NCBI GenBank assembly: GCA_973895155.1
Contig: OZ316897.1
Span: 1,987,312-2,051,311 of the forward strand
Source of the DNA: Marsupella aquatica
Taxonomy: Eukaryota; Plantae; Marchantiophyta
Reading direction: 5' to 3'
Length of the DNA: 64,000 nucleotides
The translations under genes and the position numbers were made by a program. Below the pieces are notes generated by a model, which had not been told where the DNA came from, did not search any database, and was given only the letters and a program-made list of their open reading frames with translations. Shown in pieces: positions 63,225 to 64,000 of this stretch. Numbering within the stretch: position 1 is the stretch's first letter; the number at the start of each line of letters is the position of its first letter.

Positions 63225-64000
63225 ATGAGTTTACCGGATGAGCAGTCCTACAGGAGCGACAAAGTTGTGAAACGATCGGCCACAATAGGGAAGGATCCAT
63301 CGTCCCCATCGAAAATTGGGAGCTCCCCCCATCCAGATCCATTGCTACCAGTCTCCTCAGTCTACGAATCGAAGCCGTCAAGTGGCCTGGGGCTGGGGGG
63401 ATTGCTCTCGGCTAACCACACCAATCACCGGGGCGGAATTGGAAATCGAACCTTCGGCGCAGGGTTCGAGAATTGGATGCCGAAGGGGTACATTCTCGCT
63501 ATCGTTTGCGTCCTGTCCGTCGTCGCCCTCTCCGGGTCTCTGGCATTCGTACTCTCATTCAAACACTCGACCGATGTCAGGGGTATGACGGATGGCGCCT
63601 CGGTCCTCACCGGCCGCTTCCCCGCGAGCCTCTATGGCAGCGCTCGTGAGCTGGACGTGCGAGACGCCGCATGGACGAACGAAATCATGATGTCGCAGCA
63701 CCAGCCGCAGCTTGAGCGGGCTGCCGGTGACCCGGGAGTGACCTGCGATCCCAGATTTGCCGCCCTCAGGGTCTTCATGTATGACCTGCCCTCGGAGTTC
63801 CACTTTGGGATCCTCGGGGACTTCGAGCAGTCTCCGGATGCGCAGAACGTGTGGCCGAGGAATCTGTCCAGCCTGCCGAGGTACCTAGGTGGGTTGTACC
63901 AGCAGCACAGCCCGGAGTACTGGCTCACAGCGGACATTCTCACCTCCAACTTACCAGGGAGAAAGCACGAATGCACGGCAGTGAGAGTGCAAACCCCGCA
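63225..64000 (+). CDS. Exostosin-family glycosyltransferase (GT47, ARAD1-like), 3'-truncated by the window end
   Basis: Open frame from ATG 63225 (in-frame TGA at 63198; alternative ATG 63477) to the window end. It has a type II TM segment (YILAIVCVLSVVALSGSLAFVLSF), then LRVFMYDLPSEFHFGILG, WP..LPRYLGGLYQQHSPEYWLTADIL and CTAVRV. It is missing from the ORF track because there is no stop in the window. Confidence 0.92.
   Translation, partial: MSLPDEQSYRSDKVVKRSATIGKDPSSPSKIGSSPHPDPLLPVSSVYESKPSSGLGLGGLLSANHTNHRGGIGNRTFGAGFENWMPKGYILAIVCVLSVVALSGSLAFVLSFKHSTDVRGMTDGASVLTGRFPASLYGSARELDVRDAAWTNEIMMSQHQPQLERAAGDPGVTCDPRFAALRVFMYDLPSEFHFGILGDFEQSPDAQNVWPRNLSSLPRYLGGLYQQHSPEYWLTADILTSNLPGRKHECTAVRVQTP

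Overview
Land-plant nuclear DNA: spliceosomal GT-AG introns, gene islands, and AT-rich spacers full of repeats. A seed-free plant is possible but not demonstrable. I reconstructed six protein-coding genes by hand from splice sites and reading-frame continuity. (1) A CTL/PNS1-type choline-transporter-like gene (-, ~1890-5316). (2) A DUF151 bifunctional-nuclease-family gene (-, 22880-25138). (3) An Asp/Glu racemase-family gene (+, 35931-37974). (4) An intronless PIG-H (+, 43207-43812). (5) A ~30-exon, ~1500-aa gene (-, 45476-~57008). (6) The 5' part of a GT47 exostosin/ARAD1-like gene (+, 63225 to the window end). Gene 5 is the standout. It joins an FYRN/FYRC module, a long low-complexity linker and a PPR-like helix pair to a full-length ISE2/HelY/Ski2-type helicase body. 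Its ATPase motifs are degenerate (GKF for GKT, DRFH for DEVH, SLP for SAT), so it is a candidate FYR-fused pseudo-helicase. The racemase keeps a second active-site Cys (LACH). Intergenic DNA holds two short non-autonomous Helitrons, MITE-like foldbacks and many tandem duplications. All homology calls are motif recognition from memory; no database search was run.
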